This document shows positions 1 through 8,474 of a stretch of 64,000 bases of DNA, in pieces. The first letter of the stretch is position 1; each line of letters opens with the position of its first letter. The notes below the pieces were generated by a model. That model made no database searches. It saw nothing but the letters and a program-made list of their open reading frames with translations, and had not been told where the DNA came from. The translations under genes and the position numbers were made by a program. This DNA is from a virus, in IMG/VR virus record IMGVR_UViG_3300010885_004110, positions 1 to 64,000 of that record; one strand, given 5' to 3'.

Positions 1-1
1 C

Positions 2-220
2 GGTAGTAAATCATGTGAAATACGTAAATGGCGAGGACCCGGCCATTTTCGTATATGTAGCCCTACTTCTTATCATCGTGTTGAGCTTAAGCCTGGCGTA
101 ACTGCATGGACTTTGTTTATGCCCGGTCCACATAAACGTGAGTGGGGTTTTCTAGTTAATGATAAATGGATACAACACGAACAATATTTGAAAGAAAGAT
201 ATGAACAAGCTCATAATTAA
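2..220 (+). CDS. 5'-truncated hypothetical protein, possibly cupin-like
   Basis: Open frame from the window edge (GSKSCEIRKWRGPGHFRICSPTSYHRVELKPGVTAWTLFMPGPHKREWGF...) to TAA 218-220. HRVEL...WTLF resembles cupin motif 2. Confidence 0.55.
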   Translation, partial: GSKSCEIRKWRGPGHFRICSPTSYHRVELKPGVTAWTLFMPGPHKREWGFLVNDKWIQHEQYLKERYEQAHN

Positions 221-698
221 AAACAAACAATTTAAAAAGTTAGTTGCTAATATTTGTAAACAGATTGCCAATGACGGCTGGCGCCCTGATTATGTCGTAG
301 GATTAACTAGAGGAGGGCTGCTACCAGCTGTAATGATCAGTCATTACTTAGATGTCCCTATGCAATCACTAGATATAAGTCTACGTGACGGCGGTGAATG
401 TACTAGCAATTTAGGCATGGCTGAAGATGCGTTTAAGGGAAAGAATATTCTTGTTGTTGACGACATTAACGATCAAGGTAGCACATTAAACTGGATCATG
501 AAGGATTGGCCTAGTGGATGCTTTCCGGGCAACGAACTCTGGGAACAAGTATGGGGCAATAATGTTCGATTTGCAGTAGTAGTTGATAACATGTCTAGCC
601 AATGTGCGGTAGGTATGAGTTATTGGGGTATGGAAGTTAATAAAGCAGAAAACGATGTATGGGTTGAATTTCCTTACGAAGAGTGGTGGACTAAGTGA
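201..698 (+). CDS. type I purine phosphoribosyltransferase (Gpt/Hpt-like)
   Basis: VVGLTRGGLLPA and PRPP-binding loop ILVVDDINDQGSTL; C-terminal WVEFPYE. Confidence 0.85.
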   Translation: MNKLIIKNKQFKKLVANICKQIANDGWRPDYVVGLTRGGLLPAVMISHYLDVPMQSLDISLRDGGECTSNLGMAEDAFKGKNILVVDDINDQGSTLNWIMKDWPSGCFPGNELWEQVWGNNVRFAVVVDNMSSQCAVGMSYWGMEVNKAENDVWVEFPYEEWWTK

Positions 699-892
699 AT
701 GAAATTCTAGTACCTTGGAAAAAAGAACAAACTGGTTTCTGGTGGAACGAAACCTGTGCCATAGTATTAGAACATTTTGGCTTGCCGGGAGATCGATATA
801 CTAGTCACCCGTCAACAGATCAAATGAAATTTAAGTTTCATAACGAACACGATGCAATGATGTGCAAAATATTGTTAAGCGATAGAATATGA
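695..892 (+). CDS. hypothetical protein
   Basis: 65-aa ORF overlapping both neighbours in an operon-like packing. Confidence 0.6.
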   Translation: MNEILVPWKKEQTGFWWNETCAIVLEHFGLPGDRYTSHPSTDQMKFKFHNEHDAMMCKILLSDRI

Positions 893-1086
893 TCAAATAC
901 GTTATCGGTTTTATTATTGCTTGCATCTTTTGGATATTTGTACTTTCTCAAGTAGACATGCCGGAATATAAGGTATACGATTGTAGTATGGCCGACTGGC
1001 ATCCTGATATTCCCAACAGTGTAAAAGAAGAATGCCGTAAGCGTAGATATCAAGATTGGGGGAGAAAGAATGAAACCACGGTTTAA
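889..1086 (+). CDS. small membrane protein
   Basis: N-terminal hydrophobic helix YVIGFIIACIFWIFVL. Confidence 0.6.
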   Translation: MIKYVIGFIIACIFWIFVLSQVDMPEYKVYDCSMADWHPDIPNSVKEECRKRRYQDWGRKNETTV

Positions 1087-1516
1087 GCAGGCTTACATGG
1101 ATGTTGCTCGTAGATTTGCAGAACTTAGTCATGCTCGCAGATTGCACGTTGGTGCTATTGTTGTAAAGGATGATAGAATTATTAGTATTGGTTATAATGG
1201 TATGCCCGCAGGGTGGGACAATAACTGTGAACTTGAAATCTACGAAGAAAATGGTGATGATGAGCCGGAAGTTATTTTAAAAACAAGACCGGAGGTATTA
1301 CATGCTGAAACTAATGCTATTGCAAAATTGGCGAAGTCTAATGACAGTGGTGATGGGGCTGATATTTTTATTACTCATGCCCCTTGTATTGAATGTGCCA
1401 AACTTATATATCAGTCTGGTATTAATTGTGTTTACTATGGTGAAAACTATAGAGATGATTCAGGAATCAAATTTTTACAAAAATCAGGAGTTAAAATTGA
1501 ACAGTTGGACACTTAA
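1070..1516 (+). CDS. dCMP deaminase
   Basis: VGAIVV, GYNG, HAE and PCIEC zinc-binding deaminase motifs. Confidence 0.92.
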   Translation: MKPRFKQAYMDVARRFAELSHARRLHVGAIVVKDDRIISIGYNGMPAGWDNNCELEIYEENGDDEPEVILKTRPEVLHAETNAIAKLAKSNDSGDGADIFITHAPCIECAKLIYQSGINCVYYGENYRDDSGIKFLQKSGVKIEQLDT

Positions 1517-1661
1517 CGTAGAAGAGGATCCCGAAACGGGCGATTGTATATTAGCCTTTCCTCCAGACTTACTAGAACAAACAGGTTGGGTAGAAGGCGA
1601 CGTGTTAACATGGACAGATCAAGGGGACGGCTCTTGGCTTTTAGAGAAAAAGAGTGTATAA
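1497..1661 (+). CDS. small AbrB/MazE-like protein
   Basis: Likely TTG start at 1497 after AGGAG. GDCILAFPPDLLEQTGWVEGDVLTW fits the swapped-hairpin pattern. Confidence 0.55.
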   Translation: MNSWTLNVEEDPETGDCILAFPPDLLEQTGWVEGDVLTWTDQGDGSWLLEKKSV

Positions 1662-1662
1662 T
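1634..1662 (+). promoter_or_regulatory. sigma70-type promoter, probably leaderless, for the queE-like gene
   Basis: TTGGCT-N17-TATAAT; ATG at 1668 only 5 nt after the -10 box. Confidence 0.6.
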
Positions 1663-1667
1663 ATAAT

Positions 1668-2528
1668 ATGAGCAAAATAAAAATAGCAGAGCTGTTTTAC
1701 AGCATTCAAGGCGAAGGACGCTACATGGGCGTCCCTTCTGTTTTCTTACGTACATTTGGTTGTAACTTTAAGTGTGCAGGCTTTGGTATGCCGCGTGGTG
1801 AAATGAGTCACGAGGCAACCGACATCGCGGGCGCCCACACAATGATTAAAGCGTTTGAAAAATATGAAGAACTTCCTTTGGTTTCTACGGGTTGTGATAG
1901 TTATGCTAGTTGGCATCCTGATTTTAAAGATCTTAGTCCAATGCTCACTTCAGAAGCAATCGCCGATCGAATTGCGGAAATTATTCCGTTCGGAGAATGG
2001 CGTGACGAGCATCTAGTTATCACAGGCGGTGAGCCATTACTAGGTTGGCAACGTGCTTATCCAGAGTTGTTAGATCATCCTAAGATGGCAGGTCTTAAAG
2101 AAATCACGTTTGAAACAAACGGTACTCAGAAACTTACTACGGAGTTTAAAAACTTCTTAGGCACGTGGACTGGCTTGCCCAAACATAAGCGTGAGATTAC
2201 ATTTAGCGTAAGTGCCAAACTTCCAGCAAGTGGCGAGAAGTGGGAAGAAGCTATCTGTCCAGAAATTGTTTGCGAGTACGAAGAAGTTGGCACGGCGTAT
2301 CTTAAATTTGTTGTAGCAACGGAAGAAGATATTAAAGATGCCGAACGTGCTGTAGAAGAATTTAAAACAGCTGGATTCAAAGGACACATTTATCTAATGC
2401 CGGTGGGTGGCGTAGAAAGTGTTTACACACTTAATGCTAAGAATGTAGCACTAGCAGCTATGAAGCGTGGATGGCGTTATAGTGATAGATTGCAGGTGCC
2501 GTTATTTAAAAATGAGTGGGGAACATAA
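1668..2528 (+). CDS. queE: QueE-like radical SAM enzyme (7-carboxy-7-deazaguanine synthase family)
   Basis: ELFYSIQGEG, VFLRTFGCNFKC...GCDS, VITGGEP, FETNGT, C-terminal RYSDRLQ. Confidence 0.8.
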   Translation: MSKIKIAELFYSIQGEGRYMGVPSVFLRTFGCNFKCAGFGMPRGEMSHEATDIAGAHTMIKAFEKYEELPLVSTGCDSYASWHPDFKDLSPMLTSEAIADRIAEIIPFGEWRDEHLVITGGEPLLGWQRAYPELLDHPKMAGLKEITFETNGTQKLTTEFKNFLGTWTGLPKHKREITFSVSAKLPASGEKWEEAICPEIVCEYEEVGTAYLKFVVATEEDIKDAERAVEEFKTAGFKGHIYLMPVGGVESVYTLNAKNVALAAMKRGWRYSDRLQVPLFKNEWGT

Positions 2529-2968
2529 TGAAACGATTTATAGAAAAATTATTCGGCATTGATAAACTCAAAGCAAAAACCGAAGCTGCTTTAAAACTAG
2601 CAGAGGAATCAACAAAGATTGCTAAAGATGCTGTAGAGTCTGCAGAACGTGCTAAAGATTCTGAAGAACTTGCAAAACTAACTCCAAAAGATCGTGCTAC
2701 ACGTAAAAAAGAACCATGGGTGGGTGTATTAAACACTCACGTAAATAAAGAAAATGTTCGCAACGGATTCTTTGAACTTGACTGGAATGATCTATTTGTG
2801 TTAAAATTAAAACAAGAAGGTTATGGAGTCGACGGCGATAAAGATGAAGAGATTGTCGATCGTTGGTTCCGTGAACTATGTGCTAATGTAGTAGTTGACG
2901 GAGATTATGGTGGACCAATTGAAACTGGATCTCTCGATATAAAAACAGTGATGAAAAATAATAGATGA
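2528..2968 (+). CDS. hypothetical protein
   Basis: ATG overlaps the queE stop; N-terminal coiled coil. Confidence 0.7.
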   Translation: MKRFIEKLFGIDKLKAKTEAALKLAEESTKIAKDAVESAERAKDSEELAKLTPKDRATRKKEPWVGVLNTHVNKENVRNGFFELDWNDLFVLKLKQEGYGVDGDKDEEIVDRWFRELCANVVVDGDYGGPIETGSLDIKTVMKNNR

Positions 2969-3972
2969 CCTATATTTTAGTAGATACCGCAAATACCTTT
3001 TTTCGTGCAAGGCATGTTATTAACGGAGATGCTGATATTAAACTTGGCATGGCATTTCATATTACATTAAACAGCATTAAAAAAGCATGGCAAGATTTTA
3101 ACGGCAGTCATGTGATTTTTTGTTTAGAAGGTCGTAGCTGGCGTAAAGACTATTATAAACCCTACAAGGCTCAAAGAGCAGAAGCTCGTGCTGCACACAC
3201 AGAAAAAGAAGCTGAAGAAGAAAAAGTATTTTGGGAAGCATTTGATACTTTTAAAGATTTTGTTATTGAAAAAACTAATTGCACAGTAATGCAACATTCT
3301 CAGTTAGAAGCAGACGATTTAATTGCTGGCTGGATCCAGAGTCATCCAAACGACAATCATGTAATTATTAGTACCGACACAGATTTTGTACAATTGATTG
3401 CACCTAATGTAAAACAATATAACGGTGTAATGGAAACTACTATCACACACGAAGGTATATTTGATGCAAAGGGCAAAAGAGTCATTGACAAGAAAACGCA
3501 AGAACCTAAAGCAATCCCAAATCCAGAATGGCTCTTATTTGAAAAATGTATGCGTGGTGATACCAGTGATAATGTCTTCTCGGCGTATCCAGGTGTGCGT
3601 ACTAAAGGCACAAGCAAAAAAGTGGGTCTTACTGAAGCGTTCGAAGATCGTAAAAGCAAAGGATATTCGTGGAACAATCTTATGTTACAGAGATGGACTG
3701 ACCATAACGGAGTAGAACATCGTGTTCTTGAAGACTACGAACGCAATCGTCGACTAATTGATCTAAGCCATCAGCCCGACGATATTAAAGCTATAATGGC
3801 AGATACTATTGCAACCGCAACAAGTGCAAATAAAAATGTTAGTCAGGTCGGAATTCGTCTTATAAAATTCTGTAACTTATACGACTTAAAGAAAATTGCT
3901 GATCAGGCACAGGCATATGCCGAACCATTAAATGCGAGATATATAAATGAAACTCAAACTGTGCCCGTATGA
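2965..3972 (+). CDS. rnh: T4 RNase H-like 5'-3' exonuclease (FEN family)
   Basis: ILVDTAN, SWRKDYYKPYKAQR, EADDLIA, ISTDTDFVQL, GDTSDNV. Confidence 0.9.
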   Translation: MTYILVDTANTFFRARHVINGDADIKLGMAFHITLNSIKKAWQDFNGSHVIFCLEGRSWRKDYYKPYKAQRAEARAAHTEKEAEEEKVFWEAFDTFKDFVIEKTNCTVMQHSQLEADDLIAGWIQSHPNDNHVIISTDTDFVQLIAPNVKQYNGVMETTITHEGIFDAKGKRVIDKKTQEPKAIPNPEWLLFEKCMRGDTSDNVFSAYPGVRTKGTSKKVGLTEAFEDRKSKGYSWNNLMLQRWTDHNGVEHRVLEDYERNRRLIDLSHQPDDIKAIMADTIATATSANKNVSQVGIRLIKFCNLYDLKKIADQAQAYAEPLNARYINETQTVPV

Positions 3973-4012
3973 AGATACGTGTGAAAATAGTAAAACTTGT
4001 GGAGGTCCTCAA

Positions 4013-4489
4013 ATGACAGATTTACATGCTAAACCGATTATTGATGATAAATTTTGGATTGTTGAAAAAGACGGAGCAAAGTTTGCTACTCTAAGAAAGA
4101 ACGAAGACAATCGATTTGTTCTTAGTAATGAACTAGGAATTAAAATTTATGACAATAAAGAAAGTCTAACTCGACAATTTGGTAAAGACTTCTTTGTTGT
4201 TAAAATTATTCAAGAAGCTACTGATTCATTGCCTAATGAAGTACACGGGTATTCAACAAGTACTAGTCCGTTCAATGCAATGTTTGATATCAAACGTAAG
4301 CTGCCACTCTTTACCAAGAGTGACGACAGCAAGAGTTTATATTGTGCTGGATTTTATGTGATCAAGTTTGACAAAGGTTGGGTAAAATCATTCTGTCCTA
4401 AATTAATCACATTACAACGATACGAATACAAAGGTCCTTTTAAAACTGAATTAGAAATGAAGCAGGTGTTAAGCAATGTCTCAAAATAA
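4013..4489 (+). CDS. hypothetical protein
   Basis: GGAGG at 4001-4005 supports ATG 4013 over the longer ORF call. Confidence 0.7.
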   Translation: MTDLHAKPIIDDKFWIVEKDGAKFATLRKNEDNRFVLSNELGIKIYDNKESLTRQFGKDFFVVKIIQEATDSLPNEVHGYSTSTSPFNAMFDIKRKLPLFTKSDDSKSLYCAGFYVIKFDKGWVKSFCPKLITLQRYEYKGPFKTELEMKQVLSNVSK

Positions 4490-4721
4490 TATAACATCTC
4501 TTCCTACTGTAGAAAAACTTATTTCTAGAGTTGCAGTTGCAGAAAAAAGTCAGCAAAAAGAGATTCGTATTTCTATTCAAGAGGCTAGAGACTTAACTTC
4601 TGAACTTAGTGTACTAACTAGCAAATTAGGTAAAACAGTGCAAGAAATACATGCTATGCTATCCGAAATACGCGAGTCTACCACTAAAATTGATGTTAAA
4701 TTCGATGGTGGTCAATTCTAA
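4476..4721 (+). CDS. hypothetical coiled-coil protein
   Basis: 81-aa ORF overlapping the upstream gene. Confidence 0.65.
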   Translation: MSQNNITSLPTVEKLISRVAVAEKSQQKEIRISIQEARDLTSELSVLTSKLGKTVQEIHAMLSEIRESTTKIDVKFDGGQF

Positions 4722-4728
4722 ATAAGGA

Positions 4729-4764
4729 TAAATATATACGTGGTTAATTAGGACACGTATATAT
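4729..4764 (+). promoter_or_regulatory. late promoter (TAAATA) overlapping an 11-bp hairpin that covers the start codon
   Basis: TAAATA 4729-4734; ATATATACGTG 4732-4742 pairs with CACGTATATAT 4754-4764. Confidence 0.65.
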
Positions 4765-5047
4765 GAGCAGACCAAAACCTAAAGTAATACTTGAACATGC
4801 GAATAAGGATTCTTATAAGATTGAACAAATCTTAGAGAGCGATGCCATATGGGCGGTGTTTTATAAAGGTCAGCCTTTCAATTTAAAAAGTGGTAGTCTA
4901 TTGGCGAGTTATCCTGGACCAAAGTATAAAAAAGTAAGTTTTTCAAATCCTGGACATGCACATAATCTTGCTAAAAAATTAAACAAGTTGTTTAAAACAA
5001 CAGATTTTGCAGTTTTTAAGTTAGTACAAGGCGAACAAATAAGTTAG
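4763..5047 (+). CDS. basic hypothetical protein
   Basis: 94-aa ORF with AGGA RBS. Confidence 0.75.
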   Translation: MSRPKPKVILEHANKDSYKIEQILESDAIWAVFYKGQPFNLKSGSLLASYPGPKYKKVSFSNPGHAHNLAKKLNKLFKTTDFAVFKLVQGEQIS

Positions 5048-5048
5048 T

Positions 5049-5432
5049 ATGGATTCAAAGAATACCTATACAGAGGTATTCCTCAAAGCTGCAGGATTAC
5101 CTAACAACAATATCGAAAAATATCGATCTGTATGGTGGTGTAATCTGCGAGAAAAGAATGCTAACGGTCTTAGATTAACTGATCAAGGTATTGAGTTTGT
5201 AGAAACTCATGCTGAAATTAAAACATATAATATTGATCTTCCAAAAGAACTTAAAATAACACCTCAAATTTTAGTTTGGTTAGATCACTATATTCAATCT
5301 CCATTTTATCTCGGAAAAAATTATATTAAAGTTATGTCTGAAAAATCAGCATTTGAACTTTATCTGTTCTCTGGAGATATTAGAAAAATGGGCATGGCAA
5401 AAGCTATGAACAAAAGACTTAGCCAGAATTAA
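5049..5432 (+). CDS. hypothetical protein
   Basis: 127-aa ORF adjacent to the upstream stop. Confidence 0.7.
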   Translation: MDSKNTYTEVFLKAAGLPNNNIEKYRSVWWCNLREKNANGLRLTDQGIEFVETHAEIKTYNIDLPKELKITPQILVWLDHYIQSPFYLGKNYIKVMSEKSAFELYLFSGDIRKMGMAKAMNKRLSQN

Positions 5433-5467
5433 CATTTTCTTTAATCATCTATATTAAATATTGTACT

Positions 5468-5740
5468 ATGATAGAATTGAATGCCTTAGATGTTTTGAAT
5501 CGTCGAAAGATTGATTTTATAGCACCTCAGTTTTCTAAGATTAAAATTTCCGAAGGAGATTTGTTTGGAGATGATCTTGAAAATTGGATTAAAGTAAAAC
5601 TCAAAGGTAGATTCTATTTGCAAAAAACACCAGGTCTTGGCACTGATAGTAAAGTAAGATCAGTAACATACTTGGGGTTTGAAGATCATAAAGAATTGAC
5701 ATATTTTATGTTAGCATGTCCACATTTAAGGAGAAAATAA
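5468..5740 (+). CDS. hypothetical protein
   Basis: 90-aa ORF; TAAATA at 5455-5460 just upstream. Confidence 0.7.
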   Translation: MIELNALDVLNRRKIDFIAPQFSKIKISEGDLFGDDLENWIKVKLKGRFYLQKTPGLGTDSKVRSVTYLGFEDHKELTYFMLACPHLRRK

Positions 5741-5949
5741 TGACAGACGAAGTCAAACAAGAAGTTCCCGTAGAACAGGCGGCGCCACAAGGTCCAGATT
5801 TAAATCTTAACGATCTTGCAGCACTAAAAAGTATTATTGAAGTCGCATCACAACGAGGAGCGTTTAAAGCAGCAGAACTAGAATCAGTTGGCAAAGTATT
5901 CAACAAACTTAACACATTCCTAGAGTCTGTAGCAAAAAAGGAGGCTTAA
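5740..5949 (+). CDS. hypothetical protein
   Basis: AAGGAG RBS; ATG 5740 overlaps the upstream stop. Confidence 0.7.
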   Translation: MTDEVKQEVPVEQAAPQGPDLNLNDLAALKSIIEVASQRGAFKAAELESVGKVFNKLNTFLESVAKKEA

Positions 5950-6606
5950 ATGATAACCATTAAGCATATAGGTAAAATTAAGGCCAACGGAGCAAAAGTT
6001 CTAGTTGCCTTTAGAACTTTACCAGGCGAATCTAATATGGCATTGGTGTTGCCAGTTGCCCCTTTGAAAGATGAATATCACGATTCTATTATGAAGATGG
6101 TTGAAACTGACCAAGCTCAAGAAGTATTTGAGTTAGGTGAAATCATGTTTACACGAACTTTTCCAGATGGACGTCCAATGTTACAAGCACTAAGAGCAGA
6201 CGGATCATTGATAAAAGTACCTACCGATACTATTGTGATGACTCCAACGCCTGGCAGTGAAATTGATTTGCATCAGTTAAATGTTCTTATCGCAGAACAA
6301 AAAAATGTAGCCATTGACGATCTATACACATTTGTTTCCGGTGCCCCTAAAAAAGCAACAGTTGAAGAAATTGTTGAAGTTAAAGATTTGATGAGAGATG
6401 TTGGTGAACCTAATATTCCTAAGAAACAGGAACCGTTAAAGGCTGCAACTAACGAAGTATTATCGGATAAAGACATTGCTAAGTCGTATCGAAGTCAAGC
6501 AGATGCAATGTATAAAGAAGCTGCTAGATTACGTAAACAGGCAGACGATCTCGATCCAATACCTAAGAAAGCAACTAAAAAGGCTGAAGAAACTTCTGAT
6601 GCCTAA
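5950..6606 (+). CDS. hypothetical protein
   Basis: 218-aa ORF with GGAGG RBS. Confidence 0.75.
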   Translation: MITIKHIGKIKANGAKVLVAFRTLPGESNMALVLPVAPLKDEYHDSIMKMVETDQAQEVFELGEIMFTRTFPDGRPMLQALRADGSLIKVPTDTIVMTPTPGSEIDLHQLNVLIAEQKNVAIDDLYTFVSGAPKKATVEEIVEVKDLMRDVGEPNIPKKQEPLKAATNEVLSDKDIAKSYRSQADAMYKEAARLRKQADDLDPIPKKATKKAEETSDA

Positions 6607-6904
6607 ACCCTTATTTAGACCACCAAAACATCTTGTACAAGAATGGCCGGAAGTTTTTGAGGATCTTTATATGAATACCATGCCAGTTCACTATGTAGAA
6701 ATGATTAGATTAGAATTTGGCAACGGTAGAATTTGGGAAATTAATGTTAAAGAACAATTAGCTCACAGTCATAGTGATATAATTGCCAGTAAATTAATAG
6801 AAACGTTTCAAGAATATAAAGAAGAAATTAAAAAAATAGATTTTAAAATAGATGTCGACAGGCTTAAGGGCGATATCGGCAACGAAACTAAAAATATTTT
6901 ATGA
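6599..6904 (+). CDS. hypothetical protein
   Basis: Likely start ATG 6599 (MPKPLFRPP); ends convergent with the - strand operon. Confidence 0.65.
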   Translation: MPKPLFRPPKHLVQEWPEVFEDLYMNTMPVHYVEMIRLEFGNGRIWEINVKEQLAHSHSDIIASKLIETFQEYKEEIKKIDFKIDVDRLKGDIGNETKNIL

Positions 6905-7687
6905 ATTATATATAATCTTAAACTTATCTGAGGTATAAGAAAGTCCAAGAGTTATAATAATTATGGCTTTGACAACGTCTTTAAAATCAAAATTGTTTGA
7001 AAATGTAATATCAACAACTGGTTTTAAAGACGTTTTCCATTTGCGTAACAGTTCTATATCAACATTGCTTCTTATAGAAAACTCAGAATTAAATCTATTT
7101 CTAATCCTATTGTGATATGTCATTACATTATCTACTAACAAATGTTGTTCATAATGTATATGAGGAATAATACTGCCGTGATCCGGAACCAATGCAATAT
7201 AACATCCGGTATTTAAATAGTCGGAAATTTCTATCTTTTTCATAGATGCTAACCAAGGATACTGTATTCCGCCGGTATTAAAATAAACAACTTCTATTGT
7301 ATCATTATGGAATAAACTGTATACCGCTTGCCTAGAACGTCCAGGATGTATTACATTTTTTTTCAATCTAGGATTATAATGTGCTCCCAAAGGATTACGT
7401 ATTCCCTGAGAAAAATATACATCAGTTAACCAGCACATCTTTACAAAACTTTTAAATTCTGATGCATAGGGTGTAGTATGGAATTCTTTATCAAATTCAG
7501 TAGCAAAATATTTTTTAATATCAGCATAGATTTCTCTAGCAGAACTAAACTCTAAATAATTTTTAGAGACTAATCCTTTATATAAAAATTCATTTGATTT
7601 TTTAAATTTATTAAATGTCTCAACTAATTCTGGTTGAGTTCCGGGCAACGAGTCAAGCAAATAATCGGGCATACAATTCTTTTGCAA
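6899..7687 (-). CDS. hypothetical protein, possible ParB/Srx-like fold
   Basis: GIRNPL...VIHPGRSR resembles the ParB-N/sulfiredoxin GxxR motif; last gene of the - strand operon. Confidence 0.55.
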   Translation of the reverse strand: MQKNCMPDYLLDSLPGTQPELVETFNKFKKSNEFLYKGLVSKNYLEFSSAREIYADIKKYFATEFDKEFHTTPYASEFKSFVKMCWLTDVYFSQGIRNPLGAHYNPRLKKNVIHPGRSRQAVYSLFHNDTIEVVYFNTGGIQYPWLASMKKIEISDYLNTGCYIALVPDHGSIIPHIHYEQHLLVDNVMTYHNRIRNRFNSEFSIRSNVDIELLRKWKTSLKPVVDITFSNNFDFKDVVKAIIIITLGLSYTSDKFKIIYNS

Positions 7688-8474
7688 AATGTTCGTGAAC
7701 TATTTCGTTGTAATGCCCGCCTGGAAGATTTGCAGACCTGGGCACATCAAATGCCATTGATCCCATTTCATGTAGAATCTTTAATGATCTAGATATAGTA
7801 TGATGTCTTGTTTTTTTAGAATCGTGTTTATAATTTTTTATATACCAACCCCATAAGCAACTGTCTAAAAAGTACACAGTTCCCCCCAAGGATTCAATAT
7901 GATGCTTTGCTGCTATTAAGTTAGAATAACTAAACCACAATAAATCATAGTCGTCAAAATCTTTTATAATTCTTTCACAATAATGTTTAATAGATCTAGG
8001 CATAAACTCATATCCCGGCATAAAAGATTGATATTCAAAATCTCCGCCATAATCTATATCATGCTGAGGAGCTCCAAATCGATTCGGAGATGTTAACATC
8101 ATTAGTACAATAATATTATTAGCATCTATGCCTTTGCTTAGTTTAAGATGGAATGTTTCAACTGCTCTATGCGCTATTTCTTGATTGCTAATTCCTCTCC
8201 GACCTACGTTACTTATTGGTATTCCTGACAGTTTACCAAGATATGCAGGCCATGCTTTAGCCTTACTATTTTCCCAGTATTCATTATGTTCGTTTGTAGA
8301 TAATTTTTTTTCTGCTGCTTTTATTTGATCTCTTAATTCCTGTGCATCTTTAGGAACACCTGCTAACGGATAAAGATTAGATGTATATCCCGGTATTAAT
8401 AAATCTGCTGCTAACTCGTCGCCTGCAACATAACTATCACCACTGCATATAATAATTTTATTTGCATTCGTCAT
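7653..8474 (-). CDS. SGNH/GDSL-like hydrolase or acyltransferase
   Basis: GDSY block I, AWP, GISNQEI block II, C-terminal GGHYNEIVH. Confidence 0.65.
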   Translation of the reverse strand: MTNANKIIICSGDSYVAGDELAADLLIPGYTSNLYPLAGVPKDAQELRDQIKAAEKKLSTNEHNEYWENSKAKAWPAYLGKLSGIPISNVGRRGISNQEIAHRAVETFHLKLSKGIDANNIIVLMMLTSPNRFGAPQHDIDYGGDFEYQSFMPGYEFMPRSIKHYCERIIKDFDDYDLLWFSYSNLIAAKHHIESLGGTVYFLDSCLWGWYIKNYKHDSKKTRHHTISRSLKILHEMGSMAFDVPRSANLPGGHYNEIVHEHFAKELYARLFA

